Notes: a model not told the origin generated them from the letters alone. Counted from the first letter of the stretch, positions 11,576-22,265 are shown. The stretch: 64,000 bases of DNA from an uncultured Verrucomicrobiae bacterium (GCA_963764165.1 CAVXRD010000004.1:288001-352000), one strand, 5' to 3'. Made by a program: numbers and translations.

Positions 11576-11844
11576 GGCTGCGAATTTCGGGTGTTGTGAT
11601 TAGAAGCAGGCGAGGGACACACCGTTAGGCGGAGATACGGCTGTGTCGATGACCAGCCGCAGCGCGTGGAACAGACCGCCGCACCTGTTGATCCCAGCGT
11701 ACTGCGCTGGTTCTTTGTCGCTTCGCTCCGTCGAACAGCCGCGCTTGAATGCGTGTGCGCATCACCCATTTCTAATCACGCCCGGAAATTGGCGTCCCGC
11801 CCCGTTAAATTGACACCAGACGACTTTTGTCCGATATTGAGTCC

Positions 11845-12399
11845 ATGTCGATACGGCCTTTGCTTTTTTCGGGCATGTTCATGCTGCTCACTGCCGCCGC
11901 TCACGCCGGCGAATTCCCTGATTCCTGGTCTTGGGACGTCGACGACGCTACGATGCGCGCCGAGCATGCCGCCCTTATCGGCAAGCCGATGCCCGCGCTA
12001 ACATTGTCTGGGTGGTTCAACGGCGAAGTAAAACCCGCCGACATGAAGGGGAAAGTCGTGGTGGTGGATATTTTTGCCACATGGTGCATACCTTGCATCG
12101 AGGGCATTCCGCACAACAACGAAATGATGGCCAAGCATCAGAAGGACGGTTTGATCTTCGTCGGCGTTTGCACCACTAAAAGCGGCCAGGATAAGCTGGC
12201 GCAAACGGTGAAAGATCATGGCATCAAATTTCCGACCGCTGCTGACCCAACGCTGGCTACGCAAAAAGACTGGCACGTTCTCTACTATCCGACCTATGCC
12301 GTCGTTGATCGCAACGGGATCCTCCGCGCTCTCGGCGTCGCTCCTGAACACGTGGAGGACGTCGTGAAGAAGCTGCTCGCCGAAAAGGCGCAGTCATAG
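11845..12399 (+). CDS. Exported TlpA family disulfide reductase
   Basis: Signal peptide ending AHA; VVDIFATWCIPC; YPTYAVVDRNG. Confidence 0.9.
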   Translation: MSIRPLLFSGMFMLLTAAAHAGEFPDSWSWDVDDATMRAEHAALIGKPMPALTLSGWFNGEVKPADMKGKVVVVDIFATWCIPCIEGIPHNNEMMAKHQKDGLIFVGVCTTKSGQDKLAQTVKDHGIKFPTAADPTLATQKDWHVLYYPTYAVVDRNGILRALGVAPEHVEDVVKKLLAEKAQS

Positions 12400-12566
12400 C
12401 AGGCCGGCCTGTTGCCGCAGTTTGGCCGAAGGAGGCTGGGACGGCTGCCGATGCGTCCGGAGTGAGAATTCCAGATAACGAATTTTTCGAGCATTCAACC
12501 TAGGAACCCGGCAAGATGGAGCTCAAGCCGAGCCATGCCGAGCCTGCGCAAATCCGCAGGCGTTCT

Positions 12567-13847
12567 TTACTTCGCGCTGACCGCGTCGGCGGATACCAGC
12601 GGCTCGCCCACGCGCATCGGATCGGGCATCGGGCAGAATTCCTCGATTTGCTTCCACAGCACGGAGAAATCCTTGTTGACGTCGCCGCTGAGGCAATCAG
12701 TCACGGAGCCGATGGCGTCGGGATATTTGTCGGTCAAGGCGCGGAAGCTGAATTTGGGATTGTAGAATGCGTAGACAAGGCGGCGCATGTTTTCGACGCC
12801 CTCGCGAATATATCGCGCATAAGGGGCAAAGCGTTCCGCGGAAAAATCCCGCTCGACGATCGCCTTGTGAACTTCCTCGCCGGAAGCAGTGCCGGATTTG
12901 AGCGCCAGCATGACGCCGGAGGAAAATACCGGGTCGAGAAACGCGAATGCGTCTCCAACCAGCAGCAAACCTTCGCTTCCGCAGTGGCGGGCGTGATGGG
13001 TGTATTCGCTTGTCAGGCGGTATGGGCCCGTTTGGGTTCCGGCTGCGATATGCTGCTTGATCCATTGATTTTCTTCGACAGCGCGCTTGAAAATCGCTTC
13101 TGGGCTTTTGACGCCGTCGCGAGTCAAATACTTTCCTTCGGCCACGACGCCGACACTGGTCATGTCGTCGTGCTGCGGGATGTACCAGAACCAGCCCTTT
13201 TCCGGGATGTAGGCCACGGTGGTTGATCCGCCAGCAATTCCGGGATCGCGCATGGCGCCTTTGTAATAAGTCCAAACAGCGATTTTGTTCAGGTAAGGAT
13301 CCGGCATGCGCCAGTTGTTGCGCACGGCGCAGAAGGCTTCCTTCCCGGAGCAATCGAGCGTGATTGGGGCAAGATAGTCTGTTGGCGCGCCACCCTTGGT
13401 CTGAGCGCGAACACCGACGACGCGGCCGTTCTCCTTGAGCGTATCCAGGACAGTGGTTTCCTCCAGGCAGGTCGCGCCTTTGGCCCGGGCGTTGTCGAGG
13501 AGCATCTGGTCAAACTCGGAGCGGAGCACCTGCCAGGTTTGGGCCACGGTCTCGCGGTCGTAGCGGTCAAAAAAGAAGAACGGCTGGCTCGCCCGGCCGG
13601 AGGGAGAAACAAATTGGACGCTGTATTTTTTGACAAAAGCCGAGGCGCGCATCTTGTCAATCAAACCCAAACGCTCCAGCGGCTGGAACGTGAAGGGCAG
13701 CAGCGATTCGCCGATGTGGTAGCGAGGGAATTTCTCGCGTTCGAGCATGAGCACGCGGTGTCCGTATTCGGCGAGAATGGCTGCGGCAGCCGAAGCGGAA
13801 GGGCCCGCGCCGATGGTGATGGCGTCGTATTGATTCGAATTATTCAT
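12567..13847 (-). CDS. FAD-dependent halogenase-like oxidoreductase
   Basis: IGAGPSA, FPRYHIGESL, VKK lysine, GWFWYIP, GDAFAFLDPVFSSG. Confidence 0.85.
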   Translation of the reverse strand: MNNSNQYDAITIGAGPSASAAAAILAEYGHRVLMLEREKFPRYHIGESLLPFTFQPLERLGLIDKMRASAFVKKYSVQFVSPSGRASQPFFFFDRYDRETVAQTWQVLRSEFDQMLLDNARAKGATCLEETTVLDTLKENGRVVGVRAQTKGGAPTDYLAPITLDCSGKEAFCAVRNNWRMPDPYLNKIAVWTYYKGAMRDPGIAGGSTTVAYIPEKGWFWYIPQHDDMTSVGVVAEGKYLTRDGVKSPEAIFKRAVEENQWIKQHIAAGTQTGPYRLTSEYTHHARHCGSEGLLLVGDAFAFLDPVFSSGVMLALKSGTASGEEVHKAIVERDFSAERFAPYARYIREGVENMRRLVYAFYNPKFSFRALTDKYPDAIGSVTDCLSGDVNKDFSVLWKQIEEFCPMPDPMRVGEPLVSADAVSAK

Positions 13848-13848
13848 G

Positions 13849-14424
13849 TCAGGCAGGGGGCAGTATTTCCACGATTTCCGCCAAGGGCCGATCCCAGCGG
13901 TCGGCCAGCGTGTTGCGCCGTCCGAAAAGCATGTGGGCGCCGGTCAAACCCAGGGCGGTGTTGATAAAATTGTCCGAATTGATGCGAAAATAAAGGAGCG
14001 GCCGGCTGGAAAATTCCATTCCAGAGTCAATAAGAATTCTACCCAGCGGCTTGTTCTCGCGCAAAATCTCCTCGCGCGCCGCATCAGGGAAATGGCCGAG
14101 AAAAATGCGGATGGCGCCGAACTCCACCCGGCGTCCGTCTCCATTGAGAATCAGCGCCACTTCGCGGCCGTATTCGTTTTCAATCTTGTGCCGGGCCAGC
14201 AGTTCGACGCGCATGGATTGCTTGTAAAACGTTTCGAGGGTCGATGTCATGTCGACCTTATGCGCCAGCAGGGAGCGCTGCGGCTCCGGCATTTGACTTG
14301 CGTCGACGCATTCAAAGGAAGGAAACGACTGACCGCGCAAGAGGTAAAGCTCCTCCAGCGGCGAAAGCCGGGCCCGCGCGGCTGGCGCGGTAACCGGCGG
14401 AAGCGTTTCCGGCTTTGCGCTCAG
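13849..14424 (-). CDS. Chorismate lyase (UbiC/DUF98)-like protein; start uncertain
   Basis: LLAHKVDMTSTLE, REVAL, ILRENKPLGRIL, FGRRNTL, AEIVEIL. Confidence 0.6.
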   Translation of the reverse strand: MSAKPETLPPVTAPAARARLSPLEELYLLRGQSFPSFECVDASQMPEPQRSLLAHKVDMTSTLETFYKQSMRVELLARHKIENEYGREVALILNGDGRRVEFGAIRIFLGHFPDAAREEILRENKPLGRILIDSGMEFSSRPLLYFRINSDNFINTALGLTGAHMLFGRRNTLADRWDRPLAEIVEILPPA

Positions 14425-15767
14425 GCGTACCTCGCGTTCCTGTGTTCCGGGAGGAAAAATTCGTGCAGCAATCGGTCCACCTGCAGCAATCCCTCGCGGT
14501 TCAGCACGATGTGATCGCCCTCTATGCCGCCGAATCCCCAATCGTGAATCGTCTGCAGCGGTTGGGCGAAACGCTGGCGCACATCGACACCGAACTTGTT
14601 TTTAAAATACTCGCAACTCGTGCGGCCGAGTTTCAACTGTAAAATAAATTCCCGTATGAGGCGCTCGTCGCCTGCCGGAGTCAGCGCGCGGTAGACCGGC
14701 AATTTTCCGGATTGCACCGCTTTCACATACGGCTCGAATTCGTGCAAATTCTGGTAGTGCGTCCCTTGCAGATGGCCAAAGGAGGCCACGCCAAGGCTGA
14801 CCAAATCCGCGCCCGCCCACAGCCGGTCGCGGTAAACGAAGCGCGTCTTTTCCTTGTTTTTGACAGCGGTGTAGGCGCTGCCCACGGTGTAACCGGCGCG
14901 TTCCAATTCCGAAAATCCCCATGCGACCCAGGCGCGTTTGGTGTCCCAGTCCGCCACCGGCGCGACCAGCTTTCCCTCCGCCTTCATTTGTTTATAAATG
15001 TCGGTGTTGTAAGGAATTTCCATCTGGTAGATGGTCACGCTGTCAGGTGACATCTCGATGGTTTTGCGGACGCATTCCTTCCAGTTGGCTTCCGTTTCCT
15101 CGACCATGCCCGCGATCAAATCGATGTTGATTTGGGGGAATTCCAATTCGCGGGCGTAAGAGTAGGCGCGGGCGATTTCCTTGCTGTGATGGGCGCGCCC
15201 GTTGATTTCCAGAATATGATCGTCAAAATTTTCCACGCCAAGGCTCAGGCGCGTCACGCCCATTTCGCGAATGGCTTTGAGCTTATGCGGGGTCAGCGTC
15301 CCCGGCTCGCATTCGAAGGTGACTTCCTCGGCTTCATCCCACGGCACCAACTTTTTCATGCCGTCAGTCAGGTGAGTCAATTGATCGACCGAAAGGTAGG
15401 ATGGAGTGCCGCCGCCAAAATAAACGAAATTCGCCTTGCGCCCCTGCACGGCGGGCTTGGAGGCGTAAATGGCCAGTTCCTGCAGCGCGGCATCGATGTA
15501 TCCCCGAATGGCCGCCGAATCCTTGTCGGTATAAACCTTGAAATAACAGAAGTGGCAGCGTTTGCGGCAAAATGGAATGTGCAGGTAAATGCCGAGCGGC
15601 GTGCCGGGAACCGGCGGGCGCTCCATCGCAGCGGTCATGTCCGGCACAAATTCGGGTTTCCAAAACGAGAACGGCGGGTAATTGGAAACAAAGTAATTGC
15701 CGACGGTGGTTTGCTTTTGCAAAGCCGGACTGGGCGGCGCGGGCGCTGTTTCTGTTGTAGTGCTCAT
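14421..15767 (-). CDS. HemN-like radical SAM protein
   Basis: YLHIPFCRKRCHFC, YFGGGTPS, RLSLGVE, NIDLIAG; RBS AAAGGA. Confidence 0.9.
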   Translation of the reverse strand: MSTTTETAPAPPSPALQKQTTVGNYFVSNYPPFSFWKPEFVPDMTAAMERPPVPGTPLGIYLHIPFCRKRCHFCYFKVYTDKDSAAIRGYIDAALQELAIYASKPAVQGRKANFVYFGGGTPSYLSVDQLTHLTDGMKKLVPWDEAEEVTFECEPGTLTPHKLKAIREMGVTRLSLGVENFDDHILEINGRAHHSKEIARAYSYARELEFPQINIDLIAGMVEETEANWKECVRKTIEMSPDSVTIYQMEIPYNTDIYKQMKAEGKLVAPVADWDTKRAWVAWGFSELERAGYTVGSAYTAVKNKEKTRFVYRDRLWAGADLVSLGVASFGHLQGTHYQNLHEFEPYVKAVQSGKLPVYRALTPAGDERLIREFILQLKLGRTSCEYFKNKFGVDVRQRFAQPLQTIHDWGFGGIEGDHIVLNREGLLQVDRLLHEFFLPEHRNARYA

Positions 15768-15774
15768 ATCCTTT

Positions 15775-16920
15775 TCAACTTTTCTGGCCGAAGCAATAGA
15801 CGCTGCCATCGTCAGAACCTATCACAATTTTTTCGGAAGCCACCGCGGGCGAGCTGTCCACAGCCTGCCCGATTTCATAAGACCAAAGCTGCGATCCATC
15901 CTTAAGCGAGACAATGTAGACGTTGCCGTCATCGGAGCCGACAACCACTTTGCCGTCGACGACCACGGGGGAACTCTGCACCTTTCCGTGGGTGGGAAAT
16001 TTCCAGACGCTCTTGCCGTCGGCGCGATTGATGCAATGCAGCGCCTTGTCATGCCCGCCGAAGAGGACACGATCATCGGTCACCGCCGCCGCGGCCATGT
16101 AGGGAAAATCAAGATCGCGGTAACGCCACACAACACTTCCCGCGGCAATATCGACGCACAAAAACTCGTTGTCGTAATGGCCAAAGTAGGCGCGTCCACC
16201 AAACAGCGCCGCCGAAGCCGCAATGTAAGCGCCGGCGTCGATTTCCTTTATCTTCGTGCCGTCGGTCACGTTGAGGACATGCACCAGCGCGTCACATCCG
16301 CCAAAAATCGCTTCGTTTCCGGCGATGGCGCTGCAGCCGTTAATGTAATTGCCGGTTTCGTAACTCCAGAGCGGCGTGCTGTTGGTGGCGCTGAAGCAGT
16401 AGAGCTTGAAATCATAACTTCCCACGAGAATGCGCGGAACGCCGTTGCTGCCCGGAATGGCGTTGGCCGAAGCCAGAATTTTCCCCTCGGTGGTGAACTT
16501 CCACTTCTGCTGGCCCGTGGCGGCGTCAATCGAATAAAAAACTCCATCAACCGTTCCAACGAAAATGGATTTGTTGGCGTAGAGCGGCGGAGCTTGCACC
16601 GGCGCGCCCGCTTTGAATGACCACGATTCCTGACCGGACGAAAGTTTGAGCGCGTGAACCGCGCCGTCATTGGAACCGATGAAGACTTCTCCATCTTCGA
16701 TCACGGCGGAAGACTTCACCGCGCCACCCGCCTTGAAACTCCAAAGAAGCGACGGCTTGGATGGAATGAAACCTTCGGCAACACCCGTCAGGCTTGGGTT
16801 TCCTCGAAAAACAGGCCAATCGGCAGGAGATGCGCTGACAGAAATCCCCAGACAGCAAATTGCCGGAAAAATGCTGCCACGCCACACCGCGACCGATGCA
16901 CGACTGTCCGCCAGTTCCAT
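15775..16920 (-). CDS. PQQ-binding-like beta-propeller repeat protein (BamB-like)
   Basis: ADWPVFRGN then repeated W-x-F...SSP...V-x-GS-x-DG blades; start uncertain. Confidence 0.85.
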   Translation of the reverse strand: MELADSRASVAVWRGSIFPAICCLGISVSASPADWPVFRGNPSLTGVAEGFIPSKPSLLWSFKAGGAVKSSAVIEDGEVFIGSNDGAVHALKLSSGQESWSFKAGAPVQAPPLYANKSIFVGTVDGVFYSIDAATGQQKWKFTTEGKILASANAIPGSNGVPRILVGSYDFKLYCFSATNSTPLWSYETGNYINGCSAIAGNEAIFGGCDALVHVLNVTDGTKIKEIDAGAYIAASAALFGGRAYFGHYDNEFLCVDIAAGSVVWRYRDLDFPYMAAAAVTDDRVLFGGHDKALHCINRADGKSVWKFPTHGKVQSSPVVVDGKVVVGSDDGNVYIVSLKDGSQLWSYEIGQAVDSSPAVASEKIVIGSDDGSVYCFGQKS

Positions 16921-17270
16921 AACTCGAATAATTTGGCCGCGAGCAACATGGCTTCTTCTTGCGGACTTGGCAAACAAAATAATACTTACACGTATTAATT
17001 TTGGCGGAGGCTCGAACAAACACTCAAGCAGAAATGCGCAGGACAAAAATTCTGCCGCCGTGGTAGCCGAGGCTCTCGCCTCTGCCGGGTTAATTCAGCG
17101 GCGGGATGCCGCCGCCACTCTGCCCGTGAAGAATTTTATCCGGCCCATTTCCTCTCACGCTCCAACTTTCGGATGGACATTGGAAGGCGCTCCAGTTCAA
17201 CCTGACTGCGCCGATTCCACGAATCGTCAACAGTGAAAGCAGAGCCTGTCAAACAACATTCCGCAGTTGG

Positions 17271-18665
17271 GTGCGCGGCAATCTCGCCGCCAGCCGCACT
17301 GAACCTTCCGGCCGGCCGACGGTGAACGCGCCCTCCATTTTGCATTTAGTCCAGGGCCATTGGCTGGTGATCGGCTTCGCCGCGCTGGTCTTATGGATTG
17401 GTTACAAGTTCATTCGGAACGAGGATTTCGCTGAACACCTGTCTGTGTTGAAATTTGGGCTCGTTTTTTTGGCGGCCACGTTCCTCGCTGGGATGTCGAT
17501 CGGCAAATTCTCCGGGTCGCCTTTGGCCGGGGCCTGCGCTTGTGTCGTCCTTGCGATTCCGGCGCTTGTTTTCCTCTTCAAGGTGTTTGATCGCGCTTTT
17601 AATGATTCGCTGGGCGGCTTTGTGTTCGATCTGCTTTTTAACGAAGGGCCCTTTGCCGAGAAAATTCGGACTGTCAGGAAAAAGAGGCCGAACCTGACCT
17701 TGCTGCGCCATTGGCGCGATTCGGGCCACGTCCGCAAAGCCAGCCGCACGGTGCGCGGAGCTCTTGCAAACGATCGCCAGTGCTTCGGGCATTGGCTGTT
17801 TGCCATCGAAACGGCCCTGCTTTACGAGCGGTCGCCCTATAAGGCCACGCGACTGGCCCGACGCCTCATTCGCTTGAAAGAGATAAGCGAAGAGCAGAAG
17901 CTTTATGCCGTCAAACAGCTCGAGACGTGGAGTGATTTGACCGGTAAGAGAATCAGCCTGAATCCCCCGGCGCCTGTTGTCCGGCGCAAACCGTTCGAGG
18001 AAGCGGTCGCCCTGCGCGAGCAAGGCTACTTTGAGGAAGCCGAGACCCGGCTGCGACACGTCCTGACGCGCGATCACGATAATTTCGCCGCCTTGCAACT
18101 GCTTATTCGCCTTTACGCGCAGGATTTGAAAAGGCCCGACCTGGCCGAAAAGACTTTTGATGAACTGAAGAGGACCCCGCATGTGCCGGGCTCATTGGTC
18201 GATTTCGTTGAAAAGAGCCTTTCCGATTGGATTGGGGCGCCGCCCTGCGCCGAGCGGAAAAAGAGATCGTTTTGGGAGCGATTGTCATTTCGTTCTCCAA
18301 AGAGTCCGGCATTCAGCCCGATGTCACCGGAATCGCAGTTGGCGGCCGATCAGCCAACTGCGGATTCTCCGGAACTTGGGCCCGACCCTTCCATGTCGGT
18401 CGCTGATCTTTTGAAAGACGGATACATCGGAACCGCCTTGGAACGGGCCCAAACAGAAGCCGAGGCGCAACCAACCAATTTCGCCGCCCAGCGCCAGTTG
18501 CTGGATGCCTACTGCCGCGGTTTCGTCTCCATCAAAAATGCCGAGAAACTGCTGGCGAAAATCGAGAGGGAGCCAAAATTCAAAGAGCAACAAAAACAAG
18601 AAGCCCGGGAAATCGTCAAAAATGCGAAGAGCGCGGAGCAGGAAATCTCCCGAAAAATATATTAG
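17271..18665 (+). CDS. Membrane protein with TPR-like helical repeats
   Basis: Three N-terminal hydrophobic segments; TPR-like AVALREQGYFEEAETRL...NFAALQLLIRLY. Confidence 0.6.
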   Translation: MRGNLAASRTEPSGRPTVNAPSILHLVQGHWLVIGFAALVLWIGYKFIRNEDFAEHLSVLKFGLVFLAATFLAGMSIGKFSGSPLAGACACVVLAIPALVFLFKVFDRAFNDSLGGFVFDLLFNEGPFAEKIRTVRKKRPNLTLLRHWRDSGHVRKASRTVRGALANDRQCFGHWLFAIETALLYERSPYKATRLARRLIRLKEISEEQKLYAVKQLETWSDLTGKRISLNPPAPVVRRKPFEEAVALREQGYFEEAETRLRHVLTRDHDNFAALQLLIRLYAQDLKRPDLAEKTFDELKRTPHVPGSLVDFVEKSLSDWIGAPPCAERKKRSFWERLSFRSPKSPAFSPMSPESQLAADQPTADSPELGPDPSMSVADLLKDGYIGTALERAQTEAEAQPTNFAAQRQLLDAYCRGFVSIKNAEKLLAKIEREPKFKEQQKQEAREIVKNAKSAEQEISRKIY

Positions 18666-18743
18666 ACTGGTTCCAACCTGCCTCCAGACTGTAGTTTTAT
18701 TAATAATGGCCGAACGATGGCGCTCCACGATACCCAGCATAAA

Positions 18744-20186
18744 ATGAAGACGAATCCAAAAAACCAATTCCCCTCGATGATTTTGATGGCCGCCCTGGCA
18801 ACGCCAGCGCTAACCGCCAATGCGGTGATTGAAGCATGGCCGCAGTTTCACGGGGCCAATGGCTCCGGCGTCGCAAGCGCCGCGAAACCTCCGGTGAACT
18901 TTGGGCCGACGAATGGCGTTATTTGGAGTGTCGATGTCCCGTGGTCGCCGTCCTCACCTTGTGTTTGGGACAACAAGATTTTTCTCACGACGTTTGACAA
19001 GGGCGAGCTTGAAACCCGTTGCCACAACGCCATCGACGGAAAACTTCTTTGGGCGCACGGAGTAAAGCCCGCTGCCATCGAAGACTACCATAACACGGAC
19101 GGCAGCCCTGCCGCCTCAACACCCGCTTGTGACGGACAGCACGTCGTTAGTTACTTTGGTTCGTTCGGCGTCATTTGCCATGACACCAACGGCAAGGAGC
19201 TTTGGCGTCATCCGCTGCCGGTGGCGCTGAGCGCCGGCCAATACGGCACGGGGACCTCGCCGATTATTGCCGATGGCCGCGCCATCATCAGCCGCGACCA
19301 GTTTAGGGGTTCGTCGATCCTGGCTCTAGACTTGAAAACCGGAGAGAAACTTTGGGACGCTCCGCGGCCGGATTCCCGCGGCAGTTTTGGAACTCCGACA
19401 TTATGGAACAACAACGGCGTGGATGAAATCGTCCTCGCCTCGGGCGGCCACATCAAAGGTTACGATTTGAAAACCGGCGCGGAGCGCTGGGTCATTGACG
19501 GCGTGACGGGTTTCGTTTGCACAACGTCCATTGTTGCGGATGGAATGCTTTACTTCGCGGCATGGTCCAATGGGACAGTGGATTCCCAAATGCCGTCATG
19601 GGAAGATTTTCGCAAATCTTTCGACAAAAATGGCGACGGCGTGGTCACCTTCGACGAGATCGATCCCAAAATGCTGCAATACCTCCGCGGCCTGGACGCC
19701 AATCGCGACGGCAAATTCACGAAGGAAGATTTCGATTTGATGAAGGCGGGGTCCGCGCATTGCGAGAATTTGGTGGTCGCGGTAAAGCCCGGCGGCACTG
19801 GCAACATTACGGCCTCGCACGTCGCCTGGAAATTCACCAAGGGCCTTCCCTATGTCCCCTCCCCTATTTGTTATGATGGCCGCGTTTATTTTGTGAAGGA
19901 CGGTGGGATGCTGACATCGCTGAACGCAAAAACCGGCGAACCGTTTTACACCCAAGAACGGCTTCTTGAAGCCACGGGAGCCTATTACTCCTCGCCTGTC
20001 GCTGCGGACGGCCGCATTTATCTCGCATCGTTGAAAGGCACGTTGACCGTCGTCAAAGCTGGCGGGGAGAAGCCTGAAATTCTGCACCAGGTGGATTTTG
20101 GCGACCGCATTCTTGCCACACCCGCCTTGGTCGGAGACAAAATTTACGTTCGGACGACTGGCAAGCTGTGGGCGTTTGGGAGGTAG
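18744..20186 (+). CDS. Exported PQQ-like beta-propeller protein with EF-hand insert
   Basis: WPQFHG, SSP/STP blades; DKNGDGVVTFDE and DANRDGKFTKED EF-hands. Confidence 0.85.
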   Translation: MKTNPKNQFPSMILMAALATPALTANAVIEAWPQFHGANGSGVASAAKPPVNFGPTNGVIWSVDVPWSPSSPCVWDNKIFLTTFDKGELETRCHNAIDGKLLWAHGVKPAAIEDYHNTDGSPAASTPACDGQHVVSYFGSFGVICHDTNGKELWRHPLPVALSAGQYGTGTSPIIADGRAIISRDQFRGSSILALDLKTGEKLWDAPRPDSRGSFGTPTLWNNNGVDEIVLASGGHIKGYDLKTGAERWVIDGVTGFVCTTSIVADGMLYFAAWSNGTVDSQMPSWEDFRKSFDKNGDGVVTFDEIDPKMLQYLRGLDANRDGKFTKEDFDLMKAGSAHCENLVVAVKPGGTGNITASHVAWKFTKGLPYVPSPICYDGRVYFVKDGGMLTSLNAKTGEPFYTQERLLEATGAYYSSPVAADGRIYLASLKGTLTVVKAGGEKPEILHQVDFGDRILATPALVGDKIYVRTTGKLWAFGR

Positions 20187-20259
20187 GTTATCGAATGATT
20201 GCGGATCTCACCGAACTTAAATTCTCGCGGAGCCTGCATTTGAGGCGCATATAGACTCA

Positions 20260-20490
20260 GAGCGTGTTTTGAAAATAGCTTGGGTAAGGGATTGCGAGCG
20301 CGGCGGGGCGGATGGCGAAGCAGCCCGCAGAGCGGGCAGCTATTAATTTGTTCAGACTCGACGAAGGAGAATATCCCTCGTGGATCTTCGACTGAGGAGC
20401 AACGACCTGTCCTCCGTAGCCATGGCGAAGGAGGAAGCCAGCCGCCCCGCCCCGCCGCAAGACCGCCCAAGCTATTTTCAAAACACGCTC
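20260..20490. mobile_element. MITE, probably IS5-family derived, 231 bp
   Basis: Perfect 25-bp terminal inverted repeats GAGCGTGTTTTGAAAATAGCTTGGG; TCA duplicated on both flanks; no transposase. Confidence 0.85.
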
Positions 20491-20614
20491 TCAGGCATTG
20501 ACGGGCCATCCGGAATCCTCGCCCTGACATGACCGCGCTGATGCGCCTTGACTGCTTGGACATCATTGCCACGCCCTGTTAAAATGCTGGTGAGAAACCG
20601 ACGAAACACTTAAT

Positions 20615-20836
20615 ATGCCGCGCAGCATGAAACGACGCACTGGAGCGCAAGATATCGCTGGAGCCCGGCGCTGGGCACGGAAGCTGTGTGCTCAAGTCGA
20701 AAAAATTGTCGCCGCTCATCCGGGCGCTGATCGCGACAATATTCGCCATACTTTGATTCTGCTCGAGCAACCCCCGCTTGAACGATTGCAAAGGAGTCTA
20801 ATCCGTGGACGCGCTCTTACCATTTTCCGAAAATGA
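20615..20836 (+). CDS. Small hypothetical protein, partner of downstream nucleotidyltransferase
   Basis: 73 aa ORF overlapping next gene; QPPLERL motif. Confidence 0.55.
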   Translation: MPRSMKRRTGAQDIAGARRWARKLCAQVEKIVAAHPGADRDNIRHTLILLEQPPLERLQRSLIRGRALTIFRK

Positions 20837-21293
20837 AATCCGACTGCTTGGCAGCCTGCTCAAGCACGAGGTTCGATTTATGGTAGTTGGCTTGGCCGCT
20901 GCCACGCTGCAGGGTGCGCCGGTGGTGACACAGGATGTTGATCTTTGGTTTGAAAAACTTGGAGAGGGGAAAATCTCTCGTGCCTTGCGGCAAGTCGGGG
21001 CTGCCTATGTGCCACCCTCAATCATCAACCCGCCGATGCTTGACGGCGCTGGTTCGGAACTGTTCGTCATTGCGATTCGAATGGACGGTTTGGGAACATT
21101 TGAAGATGAGTTCAAAAACTGCATCGATATCCCGCTGGCTGGATGCACATTGAAAGTCCTCGCGCTGGAACGCATACTTGCCAGCAAAATCGCGGCAAAC
21201 CGGCCCAAGGATGCCCTAACCATTCCGGTTTTGCGCGATGCACTCGCCACAATCCAAGCGCAGAAGCCCAAGTCTAAGAAAAAGAATTCTTAG
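20805..21293 (+). CDS. Nucleotidyltransferase family protein
   Basis: FMVVGLAAATLQG...TQDVDLW, SKIAANRPKD. Confidence 0.8.
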   Translation: MDALLPFSENEIRLLGSLLKHEVRFMVVGLAAATLQGAPVVTQDVDLWFEKLGEGKISRALRQVGAAYVPPSIINPPMLDGAGSELFVIAIRMDGLGTFEDEFKNCIDIPLAGCTLKVLALERILASKIAANRPKDALTIPVLRDALATIQAQKPKSKKKNS

Positions 21294-21326
21294 ACGATAT
21301 TATTCCCCCACTCCATTGATTAACCC

Positions 21327-22109
21327 ATGAGCATCCCCTACTATCAAGTTGATGCCTTCACAAGCGCCCTCTTCTCCGGCAACCCGGCGGGAGTTTGCTT
21401 GTTGACAGAGTGGCTGCCAGACGCCGTCCTCCAATCCATTGCGGCGGAAAACAATCTCGCGGAGACTGCGTTTGTGGTGCAACGAGACTCCTGCTTCGAC
21501 CTTCGCTGGTTCGCGCCTACCTTGGAAATGGACTTGTGCGGCCACGCGACGCTCGCCCCCGCTCATGTCATCTTCCGGCACCTCGGCTGGCGTGGCTTGG
21601 CTGTGAAATTTCAGACACGATCCGGGGTGCTTACCGTGACTCGCGAGGACGATCTTCTGTCGCTCGACTTTCCGTCCCGCCCCGCCGCCGATTGTTCCGC
21701 GCCCGCCGATTTGATTGAAGGCCTCGGTTGCACACCCAGCGCGACCGCCAAGGCGCGCGATTACATGGCCGTTTTCGACTCCGAACAGGCCATCCGAGAG
21801 CTTCAGCCGGACATGACCGCCCTTATGCGCCTCGATTGCCTGGGGGTCATCGCCACCGCACCCGGCGAGCAATGCGATTTTGTTTCGCGCTTTTTTGCCC
21901 CACGCGCCGGAGTTCCAGAAGATCCCGCCACGGGATCCTCGCATTGCACATTAATTCCATATTGGGCTGAGCGTCTCGGACGCCAAAAGTTTCACGCCTT
22001 GCAACTTTCCAAGCGCGGCGGAGAGTTTTATTGTGAGAATCGCGGCGAACGTGTTGGGATCGCCGGACGCGCCGTGACTTACTCGACCGGCTTCCTCCAT
22101 GTCGCGTGA
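21327..22109 (+). CDS. PhzF family isomerase/epimerase
   Basis: VDAFT...GNPAGV, ETAF, DLCGHATL, EDPATGS. Confidence 0.93.
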   Translation: MSIPYYQVDAFTSALFSGNPAGVCLLTEWLPDAVLQSIAAENNLAETAFVVQRDSCFDLRWFAPTLEMDLCGHATLAPAHVIFRHLGWRGLAVKFQTRSGVLTVTREDDLLSLDFPSRPAADCSAPADLIEGLGCTPSATAKARDYMAVFDSEQAIRELQPDMTALMRLDCLGVIATAPGEQCDFVSRFFAPRAGVPEDPATGSSHCTLIPYWAERLGRQKFHALQLSKRGGEFYCENRGERVGIAGRAVTYSTGFLHVA

Positions 22110-22265
22110 GCATGTTGTCGAGTTCGCTTAGTTGTTGCAGTTGCGCGGGTGAGCGGAAATGGAGTTGTCGAAACGCCGTGGATAGTGAGTGCCGTCAGGC
22201 ACGCCATATTTATAGTAACCACGAAGAAAGAATCCCAAGCCCCGTAAGGCGCGACATATTCCGCT

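Noticed and set aside
14421..15767. Calling the radical SAM gene hemN
   Set aside because: Family motifs do not establish the substrate and the context is not heme biosynthesis
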